In this document: piece by piece, positions 33,531 to 44,283 of the stretch
Layout of the letters: each line of letters starts with the position of its first letter
Position numbering within the stretch: position 1 is the stretch's first letter
Source: Escherichia coli
Lineage (GTDB): Bacteria > Pseudomonadota > Gammaproteobacteria > Enterobacterales > Enterobacteriaceae
Strand: one strand, 5' to 3'
Assembly (NCBI RefSeq): GCF_024700885.2
Contig: NZ_CP117016.1
Length of the DNA: 64,000 nucleotides
Made by a program: the position numbers and the translations under genes
The notes under the pieces: model-generated
What the model was told of the DNA's origin: nothing
What the model saw: only the letters and a program-made list of their open reading frames with translations
Databases searched by the model: none

Positions 33531-34139
33531 TCAAGCCTTTGGCGGTTCGGTGCGAGCAAAACTTTCGCGGCTAAACAGGTTTTCGACCAGTTTGACTAAG
33601 TGTGGGCGGTCGACACACCAGCCTGGCGCAACGCGGCGGAAATTGAGATATCCGACGGCACAGGCAATGGCGATAGTCGCCAGATTGACCGTATCGGTTT
33701 TGAGCGTGCCATCGACCAGATATCCTTCCAGCACATCCAGACTGCGGTTGATTTTCTCCCGCTGGCGTAACAATTCATCTTCAGACTGCTGCGCCGCCGG
33801 ACGCGCCTGTTCACGCACCGATACCAGCCCGGCATCCATAATGCCATCCGCCAGCGCCTCAATTTTGCGCACCCGCAACGACTCCAGCGGATCGCGCGGC
33901 AACATCGCCGGAGCGACATTCATTAATTCAATATATTCAGCGATGATCGGCGAATCAAACCAACATTCGCCCTCTTCGGTCACCAGCACCGGCACTTTCC
34001 CTAACGGGTTAAATTGCGCCACGCCGTTGTCCGCGTTATAGGGCAGTTCATTAATAAATTCGAAAGTTATGCCCTTTTCTAACAACAGAATAGAAAGTTT
34101 GCGTACAAACGGGCTGGTGTAGCTACCGACGAGTTTCAT
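33531..34139 (-). CDS. yibF: Glutathione S-transferase-like protein
   Basis: 202 aa; GST N- and C-domain pattern; position between selA and rhsA. Confidence 0.88.
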
Positions 34140-34367
34140 GCCGAGTCCTTTGTGCGAGGAAAAATATCAGTATGGCCTGGTGATGGGAAAAAGGGCAGAA
34201 AATGTTGATGGTTTGTTACTTCCCAATAAATCACATATTTATCATGGTGATATAAATATTTTCCTAATTGTTCTTATCTGACAGATATCTCACTTAAGGC
34301 TTTCTTATAAATCTGTAGGGTTTCGCCTGTCAGCAGACAAATAACCCGATAAAACAAGGATGAGCAG

Positions 34368-37300
34368 ATGAGCGGAAAACCGGCGGCGCGTCAGGGCGAC
34401 ATGACGCAGTATGGCGGTAGCATTGTTCAGGGTTCAGCCGGGGTACGTATTGGTGCCCCCACCGGCGTGGCCTGTTCGGTGTGCCCCGGCGGGGTGACGT
34501 CCGGCCATCCGGTCAATCCGCTGCTCGGTGCGAAGGTCCTTCCCGGCGAAACCGACCTTGCCCTGCCCGGCCCGCTGCCGTTCATCCTCTCCCGCACCTA
34601 CAGCAGTTACCGGACAAAAACGCCCGCGCCGGTGGGGAGCCTCGGCCCCGGCTGGAAAATGCCCGCGGATATCCGCTTACAGCTGCGCGATAACACACTG
34701 ATACTCAGTGATAACGGCGGCAGGAGCCTGTATTTTGAGCACCTGTTTCCCGGTGAGGACGGTTACAGCCGCAGCGAGTCACTCTGGCTGGTGCGCGGCG
34801 GCGTGGCGAAACTGGATGAAGGTCACCGGCTGGCCGCACTCTGGCAGGCACTGCCGGAAGAGCTTCGCCTGAGTCCGCATCGTTATCTGGCGACGAACAG
34901 TCCGCAGGGGCCGTGGTGGGTACTCGGCTGGTGTGAGCAGGTGCCGGAGGCGGATGAGGTGCTGCCCGCGCCGCTGCCGCCGTACCGGGTACTGACCGGG
35001 CTGGTGGACCGCTTCGGGCGCACACAGACGTTTCACCGTGAGGCTGGCGGCGAAATCACCGGCGTGACGGATGGCGCAGGCCGTCACTTCCGGCTGGTAC
35101 TGACCACGCAGGCGCAGCGGGCAGAAGAAGCCCGGCAGCAGGCCATTTCCGGCGGGACGGAACCGTCCGCTTTTCCTGATACCCTGCCGGGTTACACCGA
35201 ATATGGCCGGGACAACGGCATCCGTCTGTCTGCCGTGTGGCTGACACACGACCCGGAATATCCGGACAACCTGCCAGCCGCGCCGCTGGTACGCTATGGC
35301 TGGACGCCGCGTGGCGAACTGGCGGCGGTGTATGACCGCAGCAATACACAGGTGCGCAGCTTTACTTACGATGATAAATACCGGGGCCGGATGGTGGCGC
35401 ACCGTCACACGGGCCGACCGGAAATCCGTTACCGTTACGACAGTGACGGGCGGGTGACAGAACAGCTAAACCCGGCGGGCTTAAGCTACACGTATCAGTA
35501 TGAGAAAGACCGCATCACCATCACCGACAGCCTGGACCGCCGTGAAGTCCTGCACACGCAGGGCGAAGGCGGGCTGAAGCGGGTGGTGAAAAAGGAACAC
35601 GCGGACGGCAGCGTCATGCAGAGTCAGTTTGACGCGGTGGGCAGGCTTAAGGCACAGACGGATGCCGCAGGCCGGACGACTGAGTACAGCCCGGATGTGG
35701 TGACGGGACTCATCACGCGCATCACCACACCGGATGGCAGGGCATCGGCATTTTACTATAACCACCACAACCAGTTAACGTCAGCCACCGGGACTGACGG
35801 GCTGGAGTTGCGCCGGGAATATGATGAATCCGGCCGTCTGATTCAGGAAACCGCACACAACGGCGATATCACCCGCTACCGTTATGATAATCCACACAGT
35901 GACTTACCCTGCGCAACGGAAGATGCCACCGGCAGCCGGAAAACCATGACATGGAGCCGTTACGGTCAGTTGCTGACCGTCACTGACTGTTCCGGTTATG
36001 TAACCCGTTATGACCATGACCGTTTTGGTCAGGTGACGGCGGTGCACCGCGAGGAAGGGCTGAGTCAGTACCGCGCATACGACAGCCGTGGACAGTTAAT
36101 TGCGGTGAAAGACACGCAGGGCCATGAAACGCGGTATGAATACAACGCCGCCGGTGACCTGACCGCCGTCATTGCCCCGGACGGCAGCAGAAACGGGACA
36201 CAGTACGATGCGTGGGGAAAGGCCATCCGTACCACGCAGGGCGGTCTGACGCGCAGTATGGAATACGATGCTGCCGGACGGGTCATCCGCCTGACCAGTG
36301 AAAACGGCAGCCACACCACCTTCCGTTACGATGTACTTGACCGGCTGATACAGGAAACCGGCTTTGACGGCCGCACACAGCGTTATCACCACGACCTGAC
36401 CGGCAAACTTATCCGCAGCGAGGATGAGGGGCTGGTCACCCACTGGCACTATGACGAAGCAGACCGCATCACGCACCGCACCGTGAAGGGTGAACCGGCA
36501 GAGCAGTGGCAGTATGATGAACGCGGCTGGCTGACACAAATCAGCCATCTCAGCGAAGGCCACCGGGTGACGGTGCATTACGGGTATGATGAGAAAGGCC
36601 GCCTGACCGGTGAGCGCCAGACGGTGCATCACCCGCAGACGGAAGCACTGCTCTGGCAGCATGAAACCAGACACGCTTACAACGCGCAGGGACTGGCGAA
36701 CCGCTGTATACCGGACAGCCTGCCCGCCGTGGAATGGCTGACTTACGGCAGCGGCTGGCTGGCAGGCATGAAACTCGGCGACACACCGCTGGTGGAGTAT
36801 ACCCGCGACCGCCTGCACCGGGAAACGCTGCGCAGCTTCGGCCGTTATGAACTCACCACCGCTTATACCTCTGCCGGGCAGTTACAGAGCCAGCACCTGA
36901 ACAGCCTGCAGTATGACCGCGATTACACCTGGAACGACAACGGCGAACTCATCCGCATCAGCAGCCCGCGACAGACCCGGAGTTACAGCTACAGCGACTC
37001 CGGCAGGCTGACCGGCGTCCACACCACCACCTCAAATCTGGATATCCGCATCCCGTATGCCACGGACCCGGCAGGCAACCGCCTGCCCGACCCGGAGCTG
37101 CACCCGGACATCACCCTCAGCATGTGGCCGGATAACCGTATCGCCCGTGACGCGCACTATCTTTACCGGTATGACCGTCACGGCAGACTGACGGAGAAAA
37201 CCGACCTCATCCCGGAAGGGGTTATCCGCACGGACGATGAGCGGACTCACCAGTACCATTACGACAGTCAGCACCGGCTGGTGCACTACACGCGGACACA

Positions 37301-38555
37301 ATATGCAGAGCCGCTGGTCGAAAGTCGCTATCTTTACGACCCGCTGGGCCGCAGGGTGGCAAAACGGGTATGGCGGCGTGAACGGGACCTGACGGGCTGG
37401 ATGTCGCTGTCACGGAAACCGGAAGTGACCTGGTACGGCTGGGACGGCGACCGGCTGACCACGATACAGAACGACAGAACCCGCATCCAGACGGTTTATC
37501 AGCCGGGGAGCTTCACGCCACTCATCAGAGTTGAAACCGCCACCGGTGAGCTGGCGAAAACGCAGCGCCGCAGCCTGGCGGATGCGCTTCAGCAGTCCGG
37601 CGGCGAAGACGGTGGCAGTGTGGTGTTCCCGCCGGTGCTGGTGCAGATGCTCGACCGGCTGGAAAGTGAAATCCTGGCTGACCGGGTGAGTGAGGAAAGC
37701 CGCCGCTGGCTGGCATCGTGCGGCCTGACGGTGGAGCAGATACAAAACCAGATGGACCCGGTGTACACGCCGGCGCGAAAAATCCACCTGTACCACTGCG
37801 ACCATCGCGGCCTGCCGCTGGCGCTTGTCAGCACGGAAGGGGCAACAGAATGGTGCGCAGAATACGATGAATGGGGCAACCTGCTGAATGAAGAGAACCC
37901 GCACCAGCTGCAGCAGCTCATCCGCCTGCCGGGTCAGCAGTATGATGAGGAGTCAGGCCTGTATTACAACCGCCACCGCTATTATGACCCGCTGCAGGGG
38001 CGGTATATCACTCAGGATCCGATTGGGCTGAAGGGGGGATGGAATTTTTATCAGTATCCGTTAAATCCGGTTCAGTATATAGATTCAATGGGACTGGCAT
38101 CTAAATATGGACACTTAAATAATGGCGGATATGGAGCGAGACCCAACAAACCGCCTACGCCCGATCCAAGTAAGTTGCCAGACATAGCGAAACAATTAAG
38201 ACTGCCATATCCTATTGACCAGGCCAGTAGTGCGCCTAATGTTTTCAAAACATTCTTCAGAGCATTAAGTCCTTACGATTACACACTGTATTGCAGGAAG
38301 TGGGTAAAACCCAATCTGACTTGTACGCCGCAGGATGATCCCCAGTATCCAGGGATGGAGACAAAGACAGCAAGTGATTACCTGCCACAGACAACTTGGC
38401 CAACAACTCAATTACCACCAGGATATACTTGTGCAGAACCCTATTTATTCCCAGACATTAATAAACCCGATGGGCCAGCAACAGCAGGGATAGATGATTT
38501 GGGTGAAATTTTAGCTAAAATGAAACAGAGAACATCGAGAGGAATAAGAAAATGA
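34368..38555 (+). CDS. rhsA: Rhs-family polymorphic toxin (RhsA locus) with a divergent C-terminal toxin domain
   Basis: 1395 aa; N-terminal PAAR-like region, long YD-repeat core (…YRYD…, …YDxxGR…), the core-end motif …[31 protein letters not shown]…, then an AT-rich, compositionally distinct C-terminal tip of about 155 aa. Confidence 0.9.
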   Translation: MSGKPAARQGDMTQYGGSIVQGSAGVRIGAPTGVACSVCPGGVTSGHPVNPLLGAKVLPGETDLALPGPLPFILSRTYSSYRTKTPAPVGSLGPGWKMPADIRLQLRDNTLILSDNGGRSLYFEHLFPGEDGYSRSESLWLVRGGVAKLDEGHRLAALWQALPEELRLSPHRYLATNSPQGPWWVLGWCEQVPEADEVLPAPLPPYRVLTGLVDRFGRTQTFHREAGGEITGVTDGAGRHFRLVLTTQAQRAEEARQQAISGGTEPSAFPDTLPGYTEYGRDNGIRLSAVWLTHDPEYPDNLPAAPLVRYGWTPRGELAAVYDRSNTQVRSFTYDDKYRGRMVAHRHTGRPEIRYRYDSDGRVTEQLNPAGLSYTYQYEKDRITITDSLDRREVLHTQGEGGLKRVVKKEHADGSVMQSQFDAVGRLKAQTDAAGRTTEYSPDVVTGLITRITTPDGRASAFYYNHHNQLTSATGTDGLELRREYDESGRLIQETAHNGDITRYRYDNPHSDLPCATEDATGSRKTMTWSRYGQLLTVTDCSGYVTRYDHDRFGQVTAVHREEGLSQYRAYDSRGQLIAVKDTQGHETRYEYNAAGDLTAVIAPDGSRNGTQYDAWGKAIRTTQGGLTRSMEYDAAGRVIRLTSENGSHTTFRYDVLDRLIQETGFDGRTQRYHHDLTGKLIRSEDEGLVTHWHYDEADRITHRTVKGEPAEQWQYDERGWLTQISHLSEGHRVTVHYGYDEKGRLTGERQTVHHPQTEALLWQHETRHAYNAQGLANRCIPDSLPAVEWLTYGSGWLAGMKLGDTPLVEYTRDRLHRETLRSFGRYELTTAYTSAGQLQSQHLNSLQYDRDYTWNDNGELIRISSPRQTRSYSYSDSGRLTGVHTTTSNLDIRIPYATDPAGNRLPDPELHPDITLSMWPDNRIARDAHYLYRYDRHGRLTEKTDLIPEGVIRTDDERTHQYHYDSQHRLVHYTRTQYAEPLVESRYLYDPLGRRVAKRVWRRERDLTGWMSLSRKPEVTWYGWDGDRLTTIQNDRTRIQTVYQPGSFTPLIRVETATGELAKTQRRSLADALQQSGGEDGGSVVFPPVLVQMLDRLESEILADRVSEESRRWLASCGLTVEQIQNQMDPVYTPARKIHLYHCDHRGLPLALVSTEGATEWCAEYDEWGNLLNEENPHQLQQLIRLPGQQYDEESGLYYNRHRYYDPLQGRYITQDPIGLKGGWNFYQYPLNPVQYIDSMGLASKYGHLNNGGYGARPNKPPTPDPSKLPDIAKQLRLPYPIDQASSAPNVFKTFFRALSPYDYTLYCRKWVKPNLTCTPQDDPQYPGMETKTASDYLPQTTWPTTQLPPGYTCAEPYLFPDINKPDGPATAGIDDLGEILAKMKQRTSRGIRK

Positions 38556-39121
38556 AAAGAGCTTTGTTCTTTTTGCTGATGATATTCGTTAGTTTTGGTG
38601 TTATAGCTAATTGCGAAACACAAGCTAAAGATCAAGATTGCTTTACCATTTTCACTAAGGGTACTATTTTTTCCGCGTTTCCTGTCTTAAATAATAAAAC
38701 CATGTGGAGATGGTATCAGAATGAGGACATAGGTGAGTATTATTGGCAAACAGAGCTTGGTATATGTAAAAATAACAAATTCACACCAAGCGGGGCGAGA
38801 CTCTTAATTCTCGTCGGATCACTACGCCTTAATGAAAATCATGCAACCAAAGGAACGTTGCAGGAGTTGCTAAATACAGCAGAAAAAACGGCGTTTCTCG
38901 GCGATCGGTTTAGAAGTTATATAAGAGCGGGTATCTATCAAAAAAAGAGCAGTGATCCAGCTCAGTTGTTGGCAGTCCTTGATAATTCAATCATGGTTAA
39001 ATATTTTAAAGATGAGAAGCCAACTTATGCTCGAATGACAGCACATCTCCCGAACAAAGATGAGTCTTACGAATGTTTAACAAAAGTACAGCATGAACTG
39101 CTTCGTAGTGAAGAAAAATAA
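38552..39121 (+). CDS. Putative cognate immunity protein of the rhsA C-terminal toxin
   Basis: 189 aa; start overlaps the rhsA stop (ATGA); AT-rich; N-terminal hydrophobic leader ([19 protein letters not shown]) suggests export. Role inferred from position only. Confidence 0.5.
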   Translation: MKRALFFLLMIFVSFGVIANCETQAKDQDCFTIFTKGTIFSAFPVLNNKTMWRWYQNEDIGEYYWQTELGICKNNKFTPSGARLLILVGSLRLNENHATKGTLQELLNTAEKTAFLGDRFRSYIRAGIYQKKSSDPAQLLAVLDNSIMVKYFKDEKPTYARMTAHLPNKDESYECLTKVQHELLRSEEK

Positions 39122-39289
39122 AATCTCTTCCTGAGAAAATAAATTAACTATTCGAAAAAATATGTTCTTAATGGGTATCCAGGAACACCAGAAGGTCGAT
39201 TTGGAAAAATGGATTCCGATGGTAAGAATATCATATATTCTGAATGTAATGTTTTACCCACAACTTTTGAGATTCGATAGGTGTAGAGC

Positions 39290-39637
39290 ATGAGAAACTC
39301 ACTAATATTACTTATTATGATATTGTTTACAATATCACACTCAGTATTTGGAAAAGAAAATTCAGCGGAAATTTTAGTAAATAGTCGTGAAATGGCTTTG
39401 GAATTATCATATGTTTATATTAAATATATATACGGGAAAGAAAAAGCAGAATTTCAGAAACCATATAGTATTACAGATGACAATAATTGTTGGAAAATCG
39501 AGGGAAAACAACCGAAGACGTTAGGAGGAAATTTTACAATACTAATAGCGAAAAAAGATGGGCAAGCGTTGGATGTAATACACAAAATAATCCACTGTTC
39601 AGACGATTCAAATATTTTACCAAGGTGTGTTTCGTAA
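39290..39637 (+). CDS. Small secreted immunity-like protein
   Basis: 115 aa; signal-peptide-like N-terminus; paralogous to the frameshifted ORF at 41240-41507. Confidence 0.45.
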   Translation: MRNSLILLIMILFTISHSVFGKENSAEILVNSREMALELSYVYIKYIYGKEKAEFQKPYSITDDNNCWKIEGKQPKTLGGNFTILIAKKDGQALDVIHKIIHCSDDSNILPRCVS

Positions 39638-39799
39638 CTATTTTGTGTACAATATGACTCTACATATCGACGAAAAAACCACTTGATTTGACAGGAACAC
39701 ATTCAAAAAAATTTCTTTTTCATTTCAGGAGCGATTTTCATCTGTTACTTGAAGTATCTGTGAGATTAAGTGACTCCCCCTAACGTCGTACTAAATAGT

Positions 39800-40100
39800 A
39801 ATTACTGGCCATACCGGGAGCAGTATTCGGCGCTTCCCACATGCAGCAGAATAACCGCATCAGCGAAGATGTATTGTATTTTTACTATCACAATGTGTAC
39901 GGACGGTTTATGGAAAAGAATGAACATTAGATACGCGATGCGGCGGCAGGTTACACGGTTATCACTACGATAGCCAATACTGGCTGGTGCATTACCGCCG
40001 TGAACAATAGGACGCCGTACTGCTGGAAATTTCTTACCTTTATGACTCCCCGCGCCGCCGTATTGGGAAACGGGAAGCAATCAAGATGAGGCTGATATAA
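39800..40100 (+). pseudogene. Degraded Rhs core remnant 1
   Basis: Translates in pieces to …QNNRISEDVLYFYYHNVYGRFMEKNEH*… and …HYDSQYWLVHYRREQ*…YLYDSPRRRIGKREAIK…, alignable to rhsA residues …[26 protein letters not shown]…[13 protein letters not shown]…[13 protein letters not shown]…; in-frame stops. Confidence 0.55.
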
Positions 40101-40297
40101 TGTGCGGAATGCCTGAGTATTTTTAGAATAGGGGGGTAATATGTTTGATAGAATATATCTTGGTGATCGAGCAATAAAAAATTGAATTTGATTTATGGAG
40201 TAAACAAATTAGAATTCAGGTTAATTTAATCTCAAGGATAGCCTATGGTACAACAGAATGGAATTTTTATGATAATGAAGACTTAGAAGATGGTTAT

Positions 40298-40540
40298 TTG
40301 GTATTTTCAGATGTTAGTTTCTTCAATATAACTCCTAATGGCTCTATTCCAGATGATTATATAATTTCAATAATTACAGATAATGTCAATGTTGAATATT
40401 TTGAATCAACTATAGTTGCTGTTGGTCAAATTCGAAACACAAATGTTGGTGACATTGATAATATTGGTGAATGTCAAATTTTCATCAGGTATAAAGACAG
40501 CTGGATTGAGAATAAACTCAAAGAAAAAATAATTGAATAA
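40298..40540 (+). CDS. Hypothetical small protein (TTG start in track)
   Basis: 80-aa ORF in the AT-rich spacer after Rhs remnant 1; no recognisable motif. Confidence 0.25.
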   Translation: MVFSDVSFFNITPNGSIPDDYIISIITDNVNVEYFESTIVAVGQIRNTNVGDIDNIGECQIFIRYKDSWIENKLKEKIIE

Positions 40541-40639
40541 CCATGTTATGTATAGACATTTTAGATGGAACGAACCAGAGGAAGGCATGCCTCCGACTTG
40601 GGTTATATGGGCACGGAGTTTTAGTGTAGTGAACTCAAC

Positions 40640-40710
40640 GACGCAAACCGAATAACCTGCCGCTGGCGCTTATCAGCACGTAAGGGACAACAGCGTAGTA
40701 CGTAGAATAA
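40640..40710 (+). pseudogene. Degraded Rhs core remnant 2
   Basis: cctgccgctggcgcttatcagcacgtaagggacaacag… matches the rhsA core segment cctgccgctggcgcttgtcagcacggaaggggcaacag… at about 37810. Confidence 0.45.
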
Positions 40711-40792
40711 TCCTACCCACGTAGTATGGACACAGGCCTAAGCGAGGTTCTGGTTTTCAAATTTTTCGGGAGTTAGATGATTGGAGGAACAG

Positions 40793-41158
40793 ATGATAAG
40801 AATCGCATTTTTAATAACCAATAAATTTCTTGAGATAGATAGTACCACTCTTGCTGGATATGATTTTAGCGGGATGAATCTACATCGTGCCACCCTCAAT
40901 GGTTATTGTCTTGATGGGGCGAAATTTGAAAAAACTCATTTAAGAAATGTAATGATTCAACATACATCAACTAGAAATGCTGTCTTTCGCAATGCGGCTC
41001 TGATGAATGCTATTCTGAATAACTCAGATTTCACTGGAAGTGATTGTAGTAATTCAAGGTCAATAGGTGAAAATTTTAAAGCAATAGATAATCATGGGAA
41101 AGATATAATAAATGGAAAAGGATTGCCTAATGTTTGCAAAATACATGACAACGTATAA
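40793..41158 (+). CDS. Pentapeptide-repeat protein
   Basis: About 121 aa from MIRIAF (ggagga RBS); tandem pentapeptide-like repeats (…ATLNGYCLDGAKFEKTHLRNVMIQHTSTRNAVFRNAALMNAILNNSDFTGSDCSNS…). Confidence 0.5.
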   Translation: MIRIAFLITNKFLEIDSTTLAGYDFSGMNLHRATLNGYCLDGAKFEKTHLRNVMIQHTSTRNAVFRNAALMNAILNNSDFTGSDCSNSRSIGENFKAIDNHGKDIINGKGLPNVCKIHDNV

Positions 41159-41239
41159 GAAAATATTATTCAGAACCTATGTGATTGTATCTTTATTTTT
41201 ACATACAACACATGGGCGCAGTGTAATAATATTATTATA

Positions 41240-41507
41240 ATGCGCAAGTATGAAAGTGAGGGGAAATACACCGTTAGAAATTTGGTCAAAAATAAAGCTA
41301 TAGCATTGGAATTAGCTGAGATGTATGTTAAAAATCGTTATGGACATGATGCCGAAGAAGAAAAAAAAACCATACAAAATCATGGAATTACCAACAAGTT
41401 GGATTGTTGAAGGCACCATTGAATCAGACCAAATTGCTGGTAGGGTTTTTATTATAGAAATAGGCAAAAATGACGGGAGAATTCTAAATTTTGGCCACGG
41501 AAAATAA
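41240..41507 (+). pseudogene. Frameshifted paralog of the 39290-39637 immunity-like gene
   Basis: Frame 1 from ATG 41240 reads MRKYESEGKYTVRNLVKNKAIALELAEMYVKNRYGHDAEEEKK, then an A9 homopolymer (41361-41369) shifts the frame into the track ORF 41325-41507 (…PYKIMELPTSWIVEGT…GKNDGRILNFGHGK). Removing one A restores an intact reading frame of about 88 codons. Confidence 0.5.
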
Positions 41508-41611
41508 GTATGTAAGGATAAACAAACATCGTGTGTGCTGATGGCAGAGTAGGTGGAGGACTCCAGACAGTCAAACGATAGAAAAAGATAGTCTTTATGG
41601 AGGTTCCTGCA

Positions 41612-42454
41612 ATGTCGAATACATACCAGAAAAGAAAGGCAAGTAAAGAGTATGGTTTATACAATCAATGTAAGAAACTAAATGATGATGAATTATTTCG
41701 CTTACTTGATAATCGCAATTCATTGAAAAGGATTTCATCTGCCAGAGTATTGCAGCTAAGAGGTGGGCAAGACGCTGTTAGATTGGCAATTGAATTCTGC
41801 GCTGACAAAAATTATATCCGTAGAGATATAGGAGCATTTATACTCGGGCAAATAAAAGTTTGCAAAAAATGCGAAGATAGCGTTTTTAATATTTTAAAAA
41901 AGATGGCACTGAATGATAAAAGTGCTTGCGTTCGAGCTACAGCAATCGAGTCAACTGCTCAGCGATGCAAGAAAAACCCAATTTATTCACCTAAAATAGT
42001 AGAACAATCTCAAATTACTGCTTTTGATAAATCGGCTAATGTCAGACGTGCTACGGCATTTGCTATTTCTGTTATCAATGATAAAGAAACAATTCCACTA
42101 TTGATTAATCTGTTAAAAGATCCAAATGGAGATGTCAGAAACTGGGCCGCATTTGCAATAAATATCAATAAATATGATAATAGTGATATTAGGGATTATT
42201 TTGTGGAGATGCTTCAGGATAAAAATGAGGAAGTCCGTATTGAAGCAATAATCGGACTTTCCTACAGAAAAGATAAAAGGGTTTTATCTGTTTTATGCGA
42301 TGAGTTAAAAAAAAATACTGTTTATGATGATATCATTGAAGCTGCGGGTGAATTAGGTGATAAAACGCTACTTCCTGTTTTAGATACTATGTTGTACAAG
42401 TTTGATGACAATGAAATTATAACTTCCGTTATTGATAAGCTGAAGCGTTCATAG
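41612..42454 (+). CDS. yibA: HEAT-repeat protein YibA
   Basis: 280 aa from MSNTYQKRKASKEYGLYNQ…; recognised as the K-12 rhsA-adjacent YibA. Track start is 5 codons upstream. Confidence 0.85.
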   Translation: MSNTYQKRKASKEYGLYNQCKKLNDDELFRLLDNRNSLKRISSARVLQLRGGQDAVRLAIEFCADKNYIRRDIGAFILGQIKVCKKCEDSVFNILKKMALNDKSACVRATAIESTAQRCKKNPIYSPKIVEQSQITAFDKSANVRRATAFAISVINDKETIPLLINLLKDPNGDVRNWAAFAININKYDNSDIRDYFVEMLQDKNEEVRIEAIIGLSYRKDKRVLSVLCDELKKNTVYDDIIEAAGELGDKTLLPVLDTMLYKFDDNEIITSVIDKLKRS

Positions 42455-42495
42455 CGTGAGTTGCCTATGCACAGTGAGGTATTCCCGCCGGCACG

Positions 42496-43305
42496 GTGCA
42501 GATGCTCGACCGGCTGGAAAGTGAAATCCTGGCTGACCGGGTGAGTGAGGAAAGCCGACGCTGGCTGGCATCGTGCGGCCTGACGGTGGCGCAGATGCAA
42601 AACCAGATGGACCCGGTGTACACGCCGGCGCGAAAAATCCACCTGTACCACTGCGACCATCGCGGCCTGCCGCTGGTGCTTATCAGCACGGAAGGGGCAA
42701 CAGAATGGTGCGCAGAATACGATGAGTGGGGCAACCTGCTGAATGAAGAGAACCCGCACCAGCTGCAGGGGCGGTATATCACTCAGGATCCGATTGGACT
42801 GAAGGGGGGATGGAATTTTTATCAGTATCCGTTGAATCCGATAACTGATATTGACCCGTTGGGATTAGCGACCTGTTTATACAGCATAACTTTAGGTATG
42901 CTTTCATGCGTTTCAGATACGCCAAGTGATGATAATTCTTATGGTGTGCTTACTATTTCAGTCGCCTCTGGTAATAATGGTAATAATATGCAATGTAAAA
43001 ATAATCCTGGTTGTACACACTTACAAAATAGAGGCCCAATACCTCCAGGGGTATGGAGCTGGAATGTTAATGGTCCTGGAGCAACTAATAGAAAACCTAA
43101 TGGTATACGTTTAGTACCGTCAGCAAATACAGAAACGTATAATCGTGATGGATTTTTAACACATAGTTGTTTAAACGCTTTTGGTCCATCTTTAGGACCT
43201 CGATTCTGTTCCGAGGGTTGTATAACTGGTTCATCTAATGACATGCAAAAATTAAATGAGCTAATATTTTCAGAGCCAGATAGCACATTAACAGTGACGG
43301 ACTAG
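42496..43305 (+). CDS. yibJ: Orphan Rhs C-terminal fragment with Cys/Gly-rich toxin-like tip
   Basis: 269-aa ORF; its first about 100 aa match the end of the rhsA core (…[16 protein letters not shown]…[18 protein letters not shown]), with a 28-codon deletion spanning [12 protein letters not shown]. Symbol from position. Confidence 0.65.
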   Translation: MQMLDRLESEILADRVSEESRRWLASCGLTVAQMQNQMDPVYTPARKIHLYHCDHRGLPLVLISTEGATEWCAEYDEWGNLLNEENPHQLQGRYITQDPIGLKGGWNFYQYPLNPITDIDPLGLATCLYSITLGMLSCVSDTPSDDNSYGVLTISVASGNNGNNMQCKNNPGCTHLQNRGPIPPGVWSWNVNGPGATNRKPNGIRLVPSANTETYNRDGFLTHSCLNAFGPSLGPRFCSEGCITGSSNDMQKLNELIFSEPDSTLTVTD

Positions 43306-43309
43306 AAAT

Positions 43310-43705
43310 ATGGCAAGGTTATTAACAATTGTGCTTTTTTTCTCTATTTCTGCGAATGCAGTTACTGTAAACCAATTTCAGAGAGAGTTGGATTTGGCAG
43401 ACAAGGCAATATTATGGGCACTAATATCAGCCAGTACCCAAGAGGGACGAAAAGCGTGTTCACTTAGCTATTTTTCATGTAAAGCCGCAGAGGCTGAACT
43501 CGGACTGGCATATATGGCTGCTAATGATAACAAGGCATTTCTCACATCCTTATCTAGAATAATGATGTACAAAATAGATGCTGGACTTTCCGAATCCTAT
43601 ACATGCTATTTATTAAGCAAGGGAAAGATCATAAGACCATATCTGAAGAATCTAAATCCACACCAACTTGTCGCTGATTGCATTGAAACTGTAAATAAAA
43701 GATAA
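43310..43705 (+). CDS. yibG: Small secreted protein, putative immunity partner of the yibJ fragment
   Basis: 131 aa; signal-peptide-like N-terminus (MARLLTIVLFFSISANA); 4 bp after yibJ. Symbol assigned by position only. Confidence 0.4.
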   Translation: MARLLTIVLFFSISANAVTVNQFQRELDLADKAILWALISASTQEGRKACSLSYFSCKAAEAELGLAYMAANDNKAFLTSLSRIMMYKIDAGLSESYTCYLLSKGKIIRPYLKNLNPHQLVADCIETVNKR

Positions 43706-44283
43706 AAATAAAAAAATCATTGATATAGATTCAGTTAATATTTGCAATGATAATAAAAATATAAATTGGAGAGTTAATAGTACTATTGTAGCCATTGATG
43801 ATTCTATAAAATGCATCGATGAATAATAACTTAATTATATTTAAAAATATATTAATGACTCACTCTCCAGGAGTTTTTTAACTTAGTGTTATAATGAATA
43901 CGATAATTAAAAGTGAAGAGAAAAATAGTTGTATACATATATTACATGAACCTACATTGTGATCTATAAATTAAATATTTTTAAATGTGACTGTCATCCT
44001 TCAGATAATAAAGCCATCATCGCAATAGATGGAAAAGCACTCCTGCTCTTTTTTGATTAGAGCCGTGGCAGAGGAACAACTCATATCATCATTGCGATCT
44101 CGACAATGTATGGTCTGATCCTTCGGCAGATCAAGACGGATAAAAAATCCAATGAGTTCACACTCATCCCGAACTTCTTAACATAATGGATATTAACGAA
44201 AAATCATCGCAGCCAATGAAGTAATATGCAAAAATAATTAGTCCTTACAGGGAGCAAAGTTCCATAATCTCCCCCTTCCCTAC

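Noticed and set aside
36096-36818. 240-aa minus-strand ORF inside rhsA (similar long antisense ORFs at 34779-35408 and 37410-37904)
   Set aside because: Lies entirely antisense to the well-supported Rhs reading frame in GC-rich, stop-poor sequence; no motif or start context; treated as a shadow ORF.
38100-43800. Possible insertion sequence or prophage remnant accounting for the AT-rich block after rhsA
   Set aside because: No transposase, integrase, terminal inverted repeats or phage structural genes were recognised; the content is better explained as Rhs toxin-tip and immunity cargo with core remnants.
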